A DNA stretch of 64,000 bases, taken from Octopus vulgaris. Its lineage: Eukaryota. Each line of letters starts with the position of its first letter. Position 1 is the first letter of the stretch. The stretch lies in assembly GCA_951406725.2 (NCBI GenBank), contig OX597823.1, forward strand, positions 36,642,001-36,706,000, read 5' to 3'. This document shows positions 25,860 to 38,185 of this stretch, piece by piece. The position numbers and the translations under genes are program-made. The notes beneath the pieces were generated by a model. That model was not told where the DNA came from and searched no databases. It worked only from the letters and a program-made list of their open reading frames with translations.

Positions 25860-26131
25860 TTGAATTGATTCCAACACTTAGTTATCCCGAAATATTTTCT
25901 TTGATTTCTAGACTGAGTATTGTTACTGCAGCTAAAATTACCTACTTGTAAGTAAATATAAATAGATAGAGTAGTAATTAATTTTTAATTAGTTATAGCA
26001 CACTCTTAGTGAAAAGTATTTCATCTAAGATGAACTGAGATGTGCCCTGGCAAGTATGTGTCTAATTACATGTACACACACTTACATGCATGTGTGTATA
26101 AACTATGTGCTTGTGTGTGCGTATATATATG

Positions 26132-26162
<31 letters not shown>

Positions 26163-26209
26163 GTATATATACATACATACACACATACATGTATATATGT
26201 ATGTCTCTT

Positions 26210-26592
26210 ATCATCACCGTTTAACATCCGCTTTCCATGCTGGCATGGGTTGGATGGTTTGACTGAGGACTGGCAAGCTAGGAAGCTGCACCAGGCTCCA
26301 ATCTGCTCTGGCAAGGTTTCTACAGTTGGATGCCCTTTCTAATGCTAGGGTACTTTTTACGTGCCACTGGCATGGGGGCCAGTCAGGCGGTACTGGCACT
26401 GACCACACTCATTGGGCTTGCCAGGTCTTCTTAAGCACAGCATATCTCCAAAGGTCTCTCTCTTTGCAGCCTCATTAAATGCAAGTGAGCCATCATCCAC
26501 GCGGACATATTTCTCTCCTATGGCATCATGATTCTCTTTGACACACTATCTTGCAACACAATGCACTTCAAGTCTTTGGTCCTCATGATGCA
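26210..26592 (-). mobile_element. RTE-clade LINE fragment with internal deletion, plus 3' UTR
   Basis: Minus strand: EDQRLEVHCVAR..VKENHDAIGEKYVRVDDGSLAFNEAAKRE joined to RDLWRYAVLKKTWQAQ*, then the family 3' UTR. Confidence 0.75.
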
Positions 26593-26669
26593 CACATACA
26601 CACATGTATGTATGCATTGTATATTTATACATCCGCATGCGTGCATATATATATGTACACACACACATC

Positions 26670-26830
26670 GTTGGCAATTTTCTTCCTCTATCTTCCCTTC
26701 TATTGGACTTTCCTCTGTTTCCGAAGAAGAGCATCTGCTCGAAATGTTAAACCATATTCCTTTCCTTTCCTGGGCATCTGCTAATACTTTACATGTTCCA
26801 TGTCCTCGCGTTGTTTTTTTTTGTGTTTGT
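26670..26830 (+). mobile_element. Penelope-like terminal repeat fragment carrying a degenerate hammerhead motif
   Basis: gttt-ccgaaga-agagca-tc-tgctc-gaaa-tgtt-aaac (26717-26752). Confidence 0.5.
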
Positions 26831-26849
26831 TCTACTTTTTGGGATTTAC

Positions 26850-26898
<49 letters not shown>

Positions 26899-28184
26899 TT
26901 ATAGTTTAAATGTACAGAAAACAAAATGCTGAGACAAGCAGATGTTGTGAAAGATATTCTGTACTATTTTTGACTCTGTGTAATGAAATATTTGGTTTGA
27001 AGAATTGAATATATTTTGTCTGGATTTCTTTGAAATTCAATATATTGCAGTAAATTCTCTCTTGCGAATAGTCACTAACTAACCCCAATAGTCTATCAGT
27101 ATCTATCTATCCGTTATGTGTTAATTACCTGTTTTTAATGACTGTTTTTCATGGCCACACTTTTCCACTAATCTTACCCTCCACTTATTATTTCTCTCTT
27201 ACAACTCAACACTGAAGTCCAATATGTCATCAACAAAAAGACATTGAGTTGGATGAATTATAAGCATGCTGGGTGAAATACTTAGCAGCATTTTGTTCAT
27301 CTTCATGTTCTGAGTTCAAATTCCCCCAAAATGACTGGACTTGTGCCAAAATTTGAAACCAGTATTTCATAGACTAGTAACAATATTTACAACTGGGCCA
27401 CTACATTCTTTCAGTCAACATTGCTACCTATATAAATATGGTTTACACATTCACCAAGATGAGGAAGCTTCACTGCTTTTCACTTTTTCTTTTTGTCGAC
27501 TTATTTTTGTTTTTTCTTCTGTTAGGTCAAAGTGACATAAGAATCTATTGTTGTGTTTTCAAGCCATCCTTACAGACTGCTGCATTATTGTACTTCTAAC
27601 ATAACTGAGAAATATTTCTTCATTATTGTTACAATATTTCAGTTGCAGTAGTAATATTATCATTGAAATTAATGTGGCCAGCCTCTCATAACAAAACACA
27701 TTTTTACACTATCTTCTTTGTTTTATTATTTTATGTCATTCAATTTGCTCATTTCCTTTGTCTATCTATCTACTTCCCCCCTTCCGTTGTAAATGGTTTA
27801 TAATTTAACATCTCTTTCATAATATGCAATGCTCACTTACCAAATTCTTGAAGACTTTTATCATCTACCTGAATAAACCCATTATTCAAAACAGTTTTTA
27901 TGACTTTAGGGTTCTTTTTAAGGAAGGAGTTTCCCTTTCTATTATTTCTGATAGCAGCAGCTAATGAAATATCTCAGTTCAGTAGTTGATTGCTAGAACC
28001 AGAATGGTAGAACCCTTCAGTTCTACCATCCTGGTTCTGGCCAACATATTTACTTCTCTTTGTCTATTACATCTCTATGTTTTTGTTTTTAATTCCAAAC
28101 TCTACAGTTTTGAGTTCAGACACCATCCAATCAAGTTGTATGCACGAAAAAAAAAGAAGATAGAAAATATAAGCAGTAGAAATA

Positions 28185-29460
28185 TCAGGTTGAGTAAAAA
28201 GTAAGCAAATTTTGCACCATGAAGAATTTGTACCGGAATTTTGCAGAGTTTTCAAATTTTTTTCAACATTTTTGGCAGTTGTCTGATAAAACAGATATAG
28301 AGTTGCCCAAATGCATCAATAAATTAACATTGATATCTTTTTCACTGTTGTTAAAATCATCAGAAATGGAAATTTCAAAGTGCAATATTCGAGCAATTTT
28401 GCAATTCAACTTTAAAAAAGGATGTAAAGCAGCTGAAACTGCTCGCGATATCAACAAAACATTTGGTGAGGAAATGATCAGTGAGTGGTCAGCTCAAAAA
28501 TGGTTTAAACAGTTTTGCAGTGGAGACCTGAGCCTTGAAGATTGCGAGCATATTAGATGCCTTTCTGTCATTGATGACGGTTAATTAAAGACCGTCATTG
28601 AGAAAGATTCACGTAAAACCATGTGAGAACTGGGAAAAGAACTTTAAGTTAGTCAGAACACTGCCTGCAGCCATTTGTATGTGATTGAAAAATCAAAAAA
28701 GCTCAACAAATGGATATCACACGATTTGAATGAAAATTAGAAAATACACAGATATGAAATTTTGCTCATCACTTCTCCGTAACTAGACTGATCCACTTCT
28801 CGACTGTATTGTAATTTTCGATGAAAAGTGGATTCTGTACAATAATGAAAAATGTTCTTCACAGTGGTTGGACCAAAATGAAGCACTGAAAACCTTCCTA
28901 AACCTGAGCTCTTCAAAAAGAAGGTTATGGTGACTGTTTGGTGGTGTACTGCTGGACTCATCCACTATAACTTAAAACCCAAAAAGAAAACATTACTGCA
29001 GAAACATATTACCATGAAATTGTCAAAATTAATGAAAAACTGCTACTCCTCCATCCCAGACTGGTCAACAGAAGAGGGCCAGTCATTCTTCACGACAATG
29101 CCTGACCACACATTTCACTAATGATGTTCCAGAAGTTGAGGGAACTTGGCTACAAAGTTCTTCCCTACCCAGCTTATTTCCTAGACCTTTCTCCTACCGA
29201 CTACCACTTTTTCAAGCACCTTGATGGTTTCCTGTGAGAGAAGGAGTTAAAAAATCAAACAAATGCTGAAAGTGCATGCAAAGAGTGCATCAGCTCCAGA
29301 ACTTCAGATTTTTATGTTACTGGAATAAACAAACTTGTAACTCATTGGTAAAAATGTGTTGAGTGTAAGGTACTTACTTTGATGAATAAAATTACTGCCT
29401 TGAAATATGTTGTGATGAATTTCATGTTTCAAAACATTGCTTACTTTTTACTCAGTTTGA
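28185..29460 (+). mobile_element. Full-length mariner (DD34D) transposon, decayed; transposase ~28366-29389
   Basis: TA|tcaggttgagtaaaaagtaagcaa ... ttgcttactttttactcagtttga|TA, 1276 bp. Motifs MEISKCNIRAILQFNFKKG, WISHDL, DEKWILYNN, HDNA, YPAYFLDLSPTDYHFF, with in-frame stops and frameshifts. Confidence 0.95.
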
Positions 29461-29506
29461 TAGTTATCTTGATGCAAATATGTCCATGATGACACAATGT
29501 TTTTAA

Positions 29507-29721
29507 CCTTTTTGATCCCACCTGAGACTAGCCATGCTTCTAAGATATGAGTGATTTGTTTCAGAGTGATCTAAACTAAAGACTTCCATAAAAATTTCAC
29601 TTCAATTTATGTTCCCAAAACTAACTTAACAATGACAGTTATGTTAATAAATTTTTCATTATTTTCAAAATTAATTGAAATAAAGGCAGTGTGTTTCAAC
29701 AGGACTATGGTAATTAAAGTG
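29507..29721. mobile_element. TTAA-flanked MITE, copy 2
   Basis: ttaa|ccttttt...aaagtg|ttaa; homologous to 25640-25859. Confidence 0.6.
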
Positions 29722-30662
29722 TTAAGATATTGGTGCATCATGATTGTATTGGGAAATATATTCAAATTCTTGGTCTGATATTGTTTTGTTGTTTTAAAAC
29801 AATAACCTCATCTATTTAGCATTTTGTCTCTTTTTGCCATAAAAACTATTATCTAGTTTCCTCTTTCTTATAAAGATTATGAAATCACTTTTTAATCCTT
29901 CTCTGTCTTCTTTTTTTTTTTTCAGAGGCAATTTTTTTTGCACCCTCTGCTTAGAAATTATAAATAATTGCCCTTTCCAATGTTCTTGCTTTGTCTTATA
30001 AACCTGCAAACGAGTGTGTGTGCCTATTCATCTATTTACTCGCACACACACACACACACACATACACATATGCACACTACTGTGTGATCAATTATCACAA
30101 CAAATACCATAGTTGCTTCCCAGAAGTACTGCAAATTGTAGTAACAACAATTACTGCTACACCACAAGTAACAACAACAGATCTGTAGCCTCATTATTGC
30201 TAACAGTTTCTTTCTACACTTTTAGTCTACTCTTATTATTTACGCATGTCTACACACACAGTAAATATTCCTAAAACATACACACACACACTGACATGTC
30301 AGAAGATCCACATTTAAGTTATTTTCTCTTTCAATATCCCCCCACTCACCATATGCAAAACTCATAACTTTATCATTATTCAACTTCTAGAACCAATAAG
30401 CTCAATAAATTTACATAATATTAATTCATATTTCATGATATAGTATTTATTTAATGTTATATCTATATATGTAATGTATATTTACATAGTATATATGTGT
30501 GTGTGTGTGTGTTTGTCTGTGTTCTGTTGAATGTTATTAAATGAAAACATGAAATAATGGTTATGGTTTCTATCATAAATCTAACACAGATATGTATTTT
30601 TCATATATTTCTACCAAAATGTATTCATTATCAATACTTTTAGTCTCTATACATATTATAAA

Positions 30663-30865
30663 TCATCATCATTTAACATCTATAGTCCATGCTGGCATGG
30701 GTTGAACAGTTTGACCAGAGCTGGAAAGCTGGAGATCTGCACCAGGCTACAGTCTAATTTGGTGTGGTTTCTACAGTTGAATGCCCTTTCTAATGCCAAC
30801 CACTTTACAGGGGGTTTTGGGTGTTTTTACATGGCATGACATGAGCGCTTTTATGTGGCACCGTA
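30663..30865 (-). mobile_element. RTE-clade LINE 3' end
   Basis: (cat)n tttaacatc...catgctggcatgggttg...ttctacagttgaatgccctttctaatgccaaccac. Confidence 0.8.
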
Positions 30866-30869
30866 GTAC

Positions 30870-30903
<34 letters not shown>

Positions 30904-30964
30904 TATTATTATTGGTATTTCCAGAGAAATATAGCAGTGATAACAATAATAGTAATAATGATTG

Positions 30965-31170
30965 TTTCTAATTTAGGCACAAGGCTAACAATTTTGAGGG
31001 GATGGGATTAGTCAATACCATTGACACCCATTATTTGACTGGTTCTTTATTTTACTGACCCTCAGTGGATGAAAGGCAAAGTTATCCCTGGTGGGATTTG
31101 AACTTGGAATATGAAGGGCTGGAAGAAATCCCACTAGGCATTTTTATGTGAAGTTTTTATAGCTCTGTCA
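30965..31170 (-). mobile_element. SINE family B, degraded
   Basis: ggcacaaggc...ggatgaaaggcaaagtt...atttgaact; an older copy lies at ~31690-31870. Confidence 0.7.
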
Positions 31171-31556
31171 ATCCAATCCAGCACATTGTGTTATTATCAT
31201 GGTTGGGAAGTATATAAATAGTGGAATATTCCGAATGGAAGAGAGAAAACATTTCTATTTAGTTTTAGAAAATGATTTAGTTCTCTGGTTCTACAATCAG
31301 CTTTTTGGTATTGCTGATTTAATTTACCTCTTCAAAATACAAAAATCTGAAAATGGAACCCTTTCATACTAAGAATTTTTAAAAGGAAGGATAAAAAAAA
31401 AAAAAAGGCTTCATGAAGTAGAATGAAATTTGAGTGGCTGCCTAGTAGATCTTTAGTCAGATAAAATATAGAATATAGTTTATTTTTAAATTTTGAAATC
31501 CCTACATTAACAAAGAAAAGCACCAGTTACAAAGACAAGTAGATAACACGCACACA

Positions 31557-31589
<33 letters not shown>

Positions 31590-31962
31590 ATTCAGCTGAA
31601 TGGATGTTAGAAGTGTGTACCATGAAATTGTTGATGGATCAGGTAATGACTGATAGAGAAGTGTGTTTGTTTTGTAATCATCACGAATGATGATTGATGG
31701 GTAAGATAAATTTGGTGAAGCATAATTAAATCAGGTGACATCAGTATATGTCTGGTATATATTTTATTAACTTTAGAGAAATGAAATTAAGTGAACCCTT
31801 TGCAGAACTGAAAATATGGAGAACCAAAGCAAGATAGTATAGCACTGCAACATTCCTATAACTCTGCCGAGATTTTGCAAGCAGTTCTTTATATGATAAA
31901 ACTTGAAAGCCTTGAACTTGTGAGAAGTTGTTGATTTTATTTTGGCTGAAGTTGCAGCTTGC

Positions 31963-32014
<52 letters not shown>

Positions 32015-32999
32015 TGCTTGTCTGTCCTATCATCTTTGGGATTGTGTTAAATACTCCATTACTTCATTTAACAGAGTTCTTTGATTCTTTTATTGGGTCT
32101 CTCATTCAGCATATGTGGTGCCTGACTCTCCTCTCATCTGCAATGATTAAAACTAGAAGGTTTTATCTCTGGTGTACACAGCAGCACTTATACATAGAGT
32201 GGAGTTTCAAAATTGAAAGGGAGCAAGTGCTAGAGGTGGAGTGCTGTGTGGGGTAATGTTTGAGTAGATTGTGTAACCAAGTAACAGAGTGGAGAGGTGA
32301 CATGAAGAAAATTGGCATCAACGTGGATCAAGTGTGAAGTAAGTCAAGTTGAGCAGATGTAAGCAATTTATTGAAGAGGTGTGTGTGTGTTTTGTTTACT
32401 GTTGCTTCTTCAATCTTCATTCTTCCCCAAGTAGTTGGAAGGAATCCAGTTAAAGATAGGGAGATGATATTATAGAAGTGGGAGGGAATAGTGAGGTGAT
32501 GCTGTCTCAAAGGGAAACTAGGCTTATGGTCTTCTTATGCTTTTTTTTTTCTTAATATTTTGTTTCTATTTTTATCATTTTTGCATTGTTTTTGTTCTCT
32601 CTATTTGTGTACTTTGTTTTGGGTTTTGAGGACTGGATTTAATTACAAGTTCTTCTACTAACCTTTACCCAAAGGGTATTTTATATTGGGAGAGGGATGA
32701 AGTAGAAAGATTCTATAGCTATTTGTTTGTTTAAAGTGAGATGCACTTATTGTTTGTTTGTGTTACATACATAATATTATTGTTTATTTGTTTATTATAT
32801 ATATCTAGAAATTTGTTTGGGTGGTGGAAGAGAAACAAAGTTGGGGAGGAATACAAATAATGAGGGGTGAACATAAAAATGGTATGTGCAATGGTATATA
32901 GGACTGAAAATTGTAAACATTTTACCACCACTGCCAATTTTATCCCTAAAATAAAGAGGTTTTAATGCATTTCAAGAATAAACCCAGTCTATTGTGGTT

Positions 33000-33270
33000 T
33001 TGCTTTCAGTATCACTGCTTGGTCATCAGTATCGTTAGCAAAGTTTACTCTGTTGCACACTCTGGGACCATTCACCTGGTTCTCTCTCTGTGCACATTTT
33101 TACCACAGCCATCAGATCTTCAAACTAGACATCAACCACACCAGCTTTACTAGTCTGGAAAGATCTTCCAGGTGTGATGGTCACTGTCTGATTTATTACA
33201 AAACAAAAATTTGTTACCAGTTTTTCTCCATCTTCACAATTGTTTCTGACATGGGTAGAGGGCTTGAATA
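33000..33270 (+). mobile_element. Possible CR1-like LINE 3' remnant
   Basis: LLVWKDLP resembles the LWNxLP C-terminal motif; weak. Confidence 0.25.
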
Positions 33271-33534
33271 AAATAACAGAAGGATGCATTACAAAATGTA
33301 ATACCTGATATACAACAAGATGGATTGCCATGACTAGAAGCCTTTCATTGAATTCTGCTTAAAGATGAAGTAAAGTCCCTCATCACATGCTTTGCCATCT
33401 TAAAAATAGGAGGGATACATTGGACAATGATACACTAAAAGATAGGATGATCACAGTTGTAATGCCTTTTATCTATAGATCTGCTTGATCAGTGTTATCT
33501 TATCAACAAGAGCTATAAGAATATTCACCATTAT

Positions 33535-33775
33535 TATGTAATGTCCAATTTTCCGTGGTTGCACAGGTAAGATGGAATTTGCTGAGGCAGATTTTCTACA
33601 GCTGAATGTGCTTCCTGTCACCAACACTCTCCTGTTTCCAAGGAAGGTAATGTTTCCCTATGGCTAAGCCCAGTGCTGTAGTAGAAGATACTTGGTCAAA
33701 GTGCCATGCAATGAGACTGAACTTAAGATCACATTATTAGGAAGGGAGTTTCTTAACCACACACTCATGCTTGCA
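33535..33775 (-). mobile_element. Degraded RTE-tail fragment adjoining a SINE A head
   Basis: ttttctacagctgaatgtgcttcctgtcaccaac, then gtagtagaagatacttgg...gactgaact...ttaaccacac. Confidence 0.55.
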
Positions 33776-33893
33776 ACTATTATGTTGCTTGTGTTTATGT
33801 GTAGGTGAGCATAGAACACCCACCCTACAAAATGCTATCTTTAAGATAGTAGTGTGTGTGTGTGTGAATGAGTGAGTGAGTGAGTGAGTGAGT

Positions 33894-33944
<51 letters not shown>

Positions 33945-34604
33945 TGAATGGAGGGCAGCTATATAACCTTACAGATATAAGAATCTGATATTTTATGCAG
34001 AATTTGATAGACATGAGTGATATTTTCAAATTTAATTATCTAGTCTAATACTTACAGTGATAGGAGGATATGGTAACTGTAAACCCTATTTAAAAATGCA
34101 TCTGTTTCATCCAAGTGACTTTGGTGCTAATGGGAATTGAAAACGACTTTCAAGGAAGAATGAATGGGACATCCAATAATCACTAGTCACCACAGGGTTC
34201 CTTTATTTGCTGTTTTCCTTGAATTCCATCATTTAATAAAGCCAACTCATCAGTGTTAGTTAAATAATTTTGAAGGATAATGATATTAAAAAGAACACCC
34301 CCCCCCAAAAAAAAAACAACAACATTAATTTACTGATATAATTTAAATATAGGTCTCTGCATGAGGGAGAGCTTAATTGTAATAGGAGTAAATAACACTA
34401 ATTTATATGTTTGTGACATATTTCCATCTTCTGTTACAATTTAGCTTATATTACTTCTATAAGTTGTTGTTATTGATAACAAATCACCTCACTGAGATAT
34501 CTCCTACCACCTATTTCAGGTATAATAAACTGTTCTTATATCAGAGACTACTGCTTATTTAATATAACTTGTGTTATGTATCTTCTTCTAGATGTTCATC
34601 ATCA

Positions 34605-34765
34605 AGGTAGAAAACTGGTAGAATCGTCAGCACACTGGGCAGAATGCTTTGTGGCATTTTGTTCATCTTTACATTCTGAGTTCAAATTCTACTGAGGTCC
34701 ACTTTGCCTTTCATCCTCTTAGGATAGATAAAACAAGTACCAGTCAAGCACTAGGGTTGATGTAA
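34605..34765 (+). mobile_element. SINE family B, 3'-truncated
   Basis: aaggtagaaaactggtagaatcgtcagc...gagttcaaattc...tttgcctttcatcc...aagtaccag. Confidence 0.8.
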
Positions 34766-34786
34766 CTAATTGTTGTCCAGTCTTGA

Positions 34787-35570
34787 TCAGGACTGGACAA
34801 CCAGAGACAGTATGATTTATTGTTTTTTCCCCATCACTGCATATTCTGCAGTTATTATATTTTTCTTCATTATATATTTTTGTGGTTTCTGGTAGGGTGG
34901 CTTTGATTATCTGTTGGTATTAAAATTTCTTTCCTGTTTAACTTATCCTAGGATTTGCCATGTAAGGGCTTTTCTTGCAATTGTTTTATCATGGTATTTT
35001 GTAGTTTCAGTTTTAGCTTTGGTTTTAGTTGCTTTATAGCTTTTGATATTTCTCCTTTTTCTTCATAGTTGTAGGTATTATGAAATTTCCCTTTTATTTT
35101 TCGACTTCCTTGAAGGCAGAAAACAGTTTTCTTGTTTTGGGGAATTTGTATCAGCTTTCCTTGGTTCTGAGTTAGATATTTCTGTAGTCCTATGGTGGAT
35201 ATTCTATAGTAGTTTTCTAGTTGTATAAGGCCTTCACTACCTTTAATTTGTTGTATATATAATCTTTCTATGTTATATTTTGGGTGGTGTATTCTAAATT
35301 CTGCCATTGTTTTTCTTGTTTTCTTGGCTAGTTTGGTTAGTTCATTTAATGTCCAGTTAAGAATACTGTAACTTATAACTGAGTCAACTAGTGTGTCTTA
35401 TTTTTCACATTCAGATCTGTATTAATTTAACTATTATTCTAATTTGTCTATTTTTTTAAATACATTTTTCACTTTTGTTTGTTGCACTGTATTTATGCCA
35501 AGAACCTTCCTAGATGTCCTTAATGACACTGTTTTCTGGAGTTGCACTAAACTAGGTTTATGCCTATTTC
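34787..35570 (-). mobile_element. R4/Dong-clade LINE fragments
   Basis: HHPKYNIERLYIQQIKGSEGLIQL (HHPKAxxERLY..GGRGL), KPLHG, CRICSDGEK..VSGCPVL, and a separate LQKTVSLRTSRKVL fragment at ~35500-35560. Confidence 0.8.
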
Positions 35571-35656
35571 CTCTATCCATCAGTTCACATCTTAAGGCAT
35601 ATTTCCTAACTAGCAAATCTACCCATCTATGATGGAGGCATAAAATGAGGGAGAGA

Positions 35657-35771
35657 TGTCATAACAGCAGTATGTATTGAGAGATGTGTAAATGGACTTA
35701 AGACACTTGTAGTGTCTTAGAGAAATCACATTATTGTTGGTGATACAGCATTCTATTGTAGCCATATGACA
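35657..35771 (+). mobile_element. Putative short 3' LTR preceded by a polypurine tract
   Basis: aaaatgagggagaga|TGTCATA ... TATGACA: 7-bp inverted TG..CA termini directly after a purine run. Confidence 0.4.
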
Positions 35772-36495
35772 TGTGTTTACGACTAAGTGATATGTGATGA
35801 CGGTTCACTCCCAAACTGAAATAGGCTCCCAGCCTCTGTATCATGAATTGTTATGTGGACCACTCCTAACAAAAACCAGAACTTCCTTTAACCACTACAT
35901 AAAAATATTAAGAAAAAATGATTTTAGATATACTTTTATTTTAGTTGCTTACACTATTTTATGCTTGTTTATACTCTTATATATTCAAAGTTCACAAATT
36001 TCCTTATTTAAATTATGAATCATATTCCTTTCAATATGATTACAAAACTTCTTTGTGGACGATATTTTCTGTTTGGTTGGCACTAATTTTTAAATTACTG
36101 GAGTCTGTTGCTCTGCTCATAGCGACGTATAACTGGCTGTGTGTGAACATCAGTGTGGGTAAATATACACCTACACGATCTAAAGTCTGGCCCTGTGCCT
36201 TGTTTGCTGTGAATGTGGGAGCAGAATCTTTAGGGTTGCAAAAAGATCAACCTAAGACTGACCTCTCACTCTTCTGTGTGAATAATGTCTGGATGTTCTG
36301 GTATCATGGGTTATTTGGATTGACAAAACTTGATGTAAACAACAGCCACTTCAATTAGTAGTTTGAATCCTGCTCGAGGCCGACACTTCAATAACCACTA
36401 AATAATCACACACACTATATACTGACACACACTTTTTCCATTTTATTTTCGCTATTAACCATCCTCACGAACTCCTTCTTATCTACAATGGGGGC

Positions 36496-37058
36496 TACAA
36501 ACTGTACAGTGAAAATCCAGAGTTACTCTTGGTCACTGAATTTTTAATAAAAATGCGAAGGTGGTTTATCAATTCAAAAATCAATATCCACAAAATAATC
36601 ATACTTTCTGATTTTTTAATGCTAAAAACCTTCCTAACAACCGTCTTTGTAATCCCCCAAAATATCATAACCATTGGTCCAACCATCTGGCTGAGGAGGG
36701 AATATGGACAGACAGATGGCCATAATGCCCATTGTAGTAAGATAGCAAATTTGCTCATCTATGATGGGAAATAAAGGGATAGTATCGCAAATTGAAACCC
36801 TCTAAATTCACAAACTATACAGGGAGAAATCCAGAGTTAATCCTTGTCACTGGAATTTTGACGAAAAAAAAAATCAAAGGTGATTTATTAATAAAAAACT
36901 CAATATCCATTAAATAATCATACTTTTTTACATTGTTTTCACTAAAAACTTTCCTGATTACCTCTTTTGTAATCCCCAAAAATATTGTGACCATTGGCTC
37001 AGCCATTTGACCTTGAAGAGGGAACAGACTGACGGACATAACACCCATTATAGTATGA
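36496..37058 (-). mobile_element. Two head-to-tail non-autonomous Helitron-like elements (36496-36742 and ~36743-37058)
   Basis: Diverged homologous units. Each ends on + with ggacagac...cccattRtagtaWga|t, i.e. an A|TC 5' terminus on the minus strand. Unit 2 starts with atag plus a ctcatc-tat-gatggg hairpin, a degenerate CTAG 3' end. Confidence 0.6.
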
Positions 37059-37179
37059 TGTACCTATAACTACAGGGATATATTTTACCTGCATTTTCTA
37101 TAGCCTCTGTTACTCAATGGCTAGGTCCTGGTACTTTGCTATTTTCTTTTCACCTCTCATCATCATTTGGGATTATTCC

Positions 37180-37415
37180 TTTATTCTTTTACATGTTTCA
37201 GTCATTTGAATGTGGCCTTGCTAGAGCACTGCATTAAAGGGTTATAGTTGAAGAAATTGACCCCAAGACTTATTCTTTGTAAGCCTAGTACTTATTTGTA
37301 AGCCTAGTACTTATTCTATCTGTCTCTTTGCTGATCCGCTAAGTTTCGGGGGCATAAACATTGGTTGTCAAGTGATGGTGGGGAGACAAACACAGACAGA
37401 AAGACATATGTACAT

Positions 37416-37480
<65 letters not shown>

Positions 37481-37595
37481 GTATATACATGATAGGCTTC
37501 TTTCAGTTTCCGTCTACCAAATCCACTCTCAAGGCTTTGGTTGCCTAAGGCTATAGTAGAAGTCACTTGCTCAAGGTGTCACAGTGAGACTGAAC
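37180..37595 (-). mobile_element. SINE family A, reverse
   Basis: Reverse complement of the family A body with internal (TA)n. Confidence 0.88.
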
Positions 37596-37794
37596 CTGGC
37601 GTGACCCCTTGGGCAAATGTCTTCTACTATGGCCTCAGGCCTACCAAAGCCTTGTGAGGTTGATTTCAAGAAGCTGAATTCCACAAAAGAGATGGCAAAG
37701 AATGATAATAAATGGTGAGGGAGCCATGCAGGGTGACAGTCTTCTAACTTATGGAGAGTATAAAAAAAGTATAGCAATGATGTAAACTTTATAT

Positions 37795-38185
37795 ATAGGC
37801 ACAGGTGTGGTTGTGTGATAAGAAGCTTGCTTCCCAATCATATAGTTCCGGGTTCAGTCCCACTGCATGGCAACTTGGGCAAGTGTCTTCTACTATAGCC
37901 TCGGGCCAACCAAAACCTTGTGAGTAGATTTGGTAAACAGAAACTGAAAGAAGCCTGTCATATATATATGTATATATTTGTGTGTTTGTCTCCCACACCA
38001 TCACTTGACAACTGATGTTGGTGTGTTTATGCCCCCGTAACTTAGTGGTTTGGCAAAAGTGGCCAATAGAATAAGTACTAGGCTTATAAAGAATAAGTCT
38101 TGGGATTGATTTGTTTGACTAAAATCCCTTAAGGTGGTGCTCCAACATGGTTACAGTCAAATGACTGAAACAAGTAAAAAAGAAA
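37795..38185 (+). mobile_element. SINE family A, full length
   Basis: ggcacaggtgtggttgtgtg...gggttcagtcccactg...aaatgactgaaacaagtaaaaaag. Confidence 0.9.

Noticed and set aside
28219-29389. SETMAR-like gene
   Set aside because: No SET domain; bounded by mariner TIRs and TA; reading frame broken.
36488-36497. tRNA-Pro primer-binding site (tgggggct after ...taca)
   Set aside because: Only 8 nt match and the sequence immediately runs into a Helitron-like unit.
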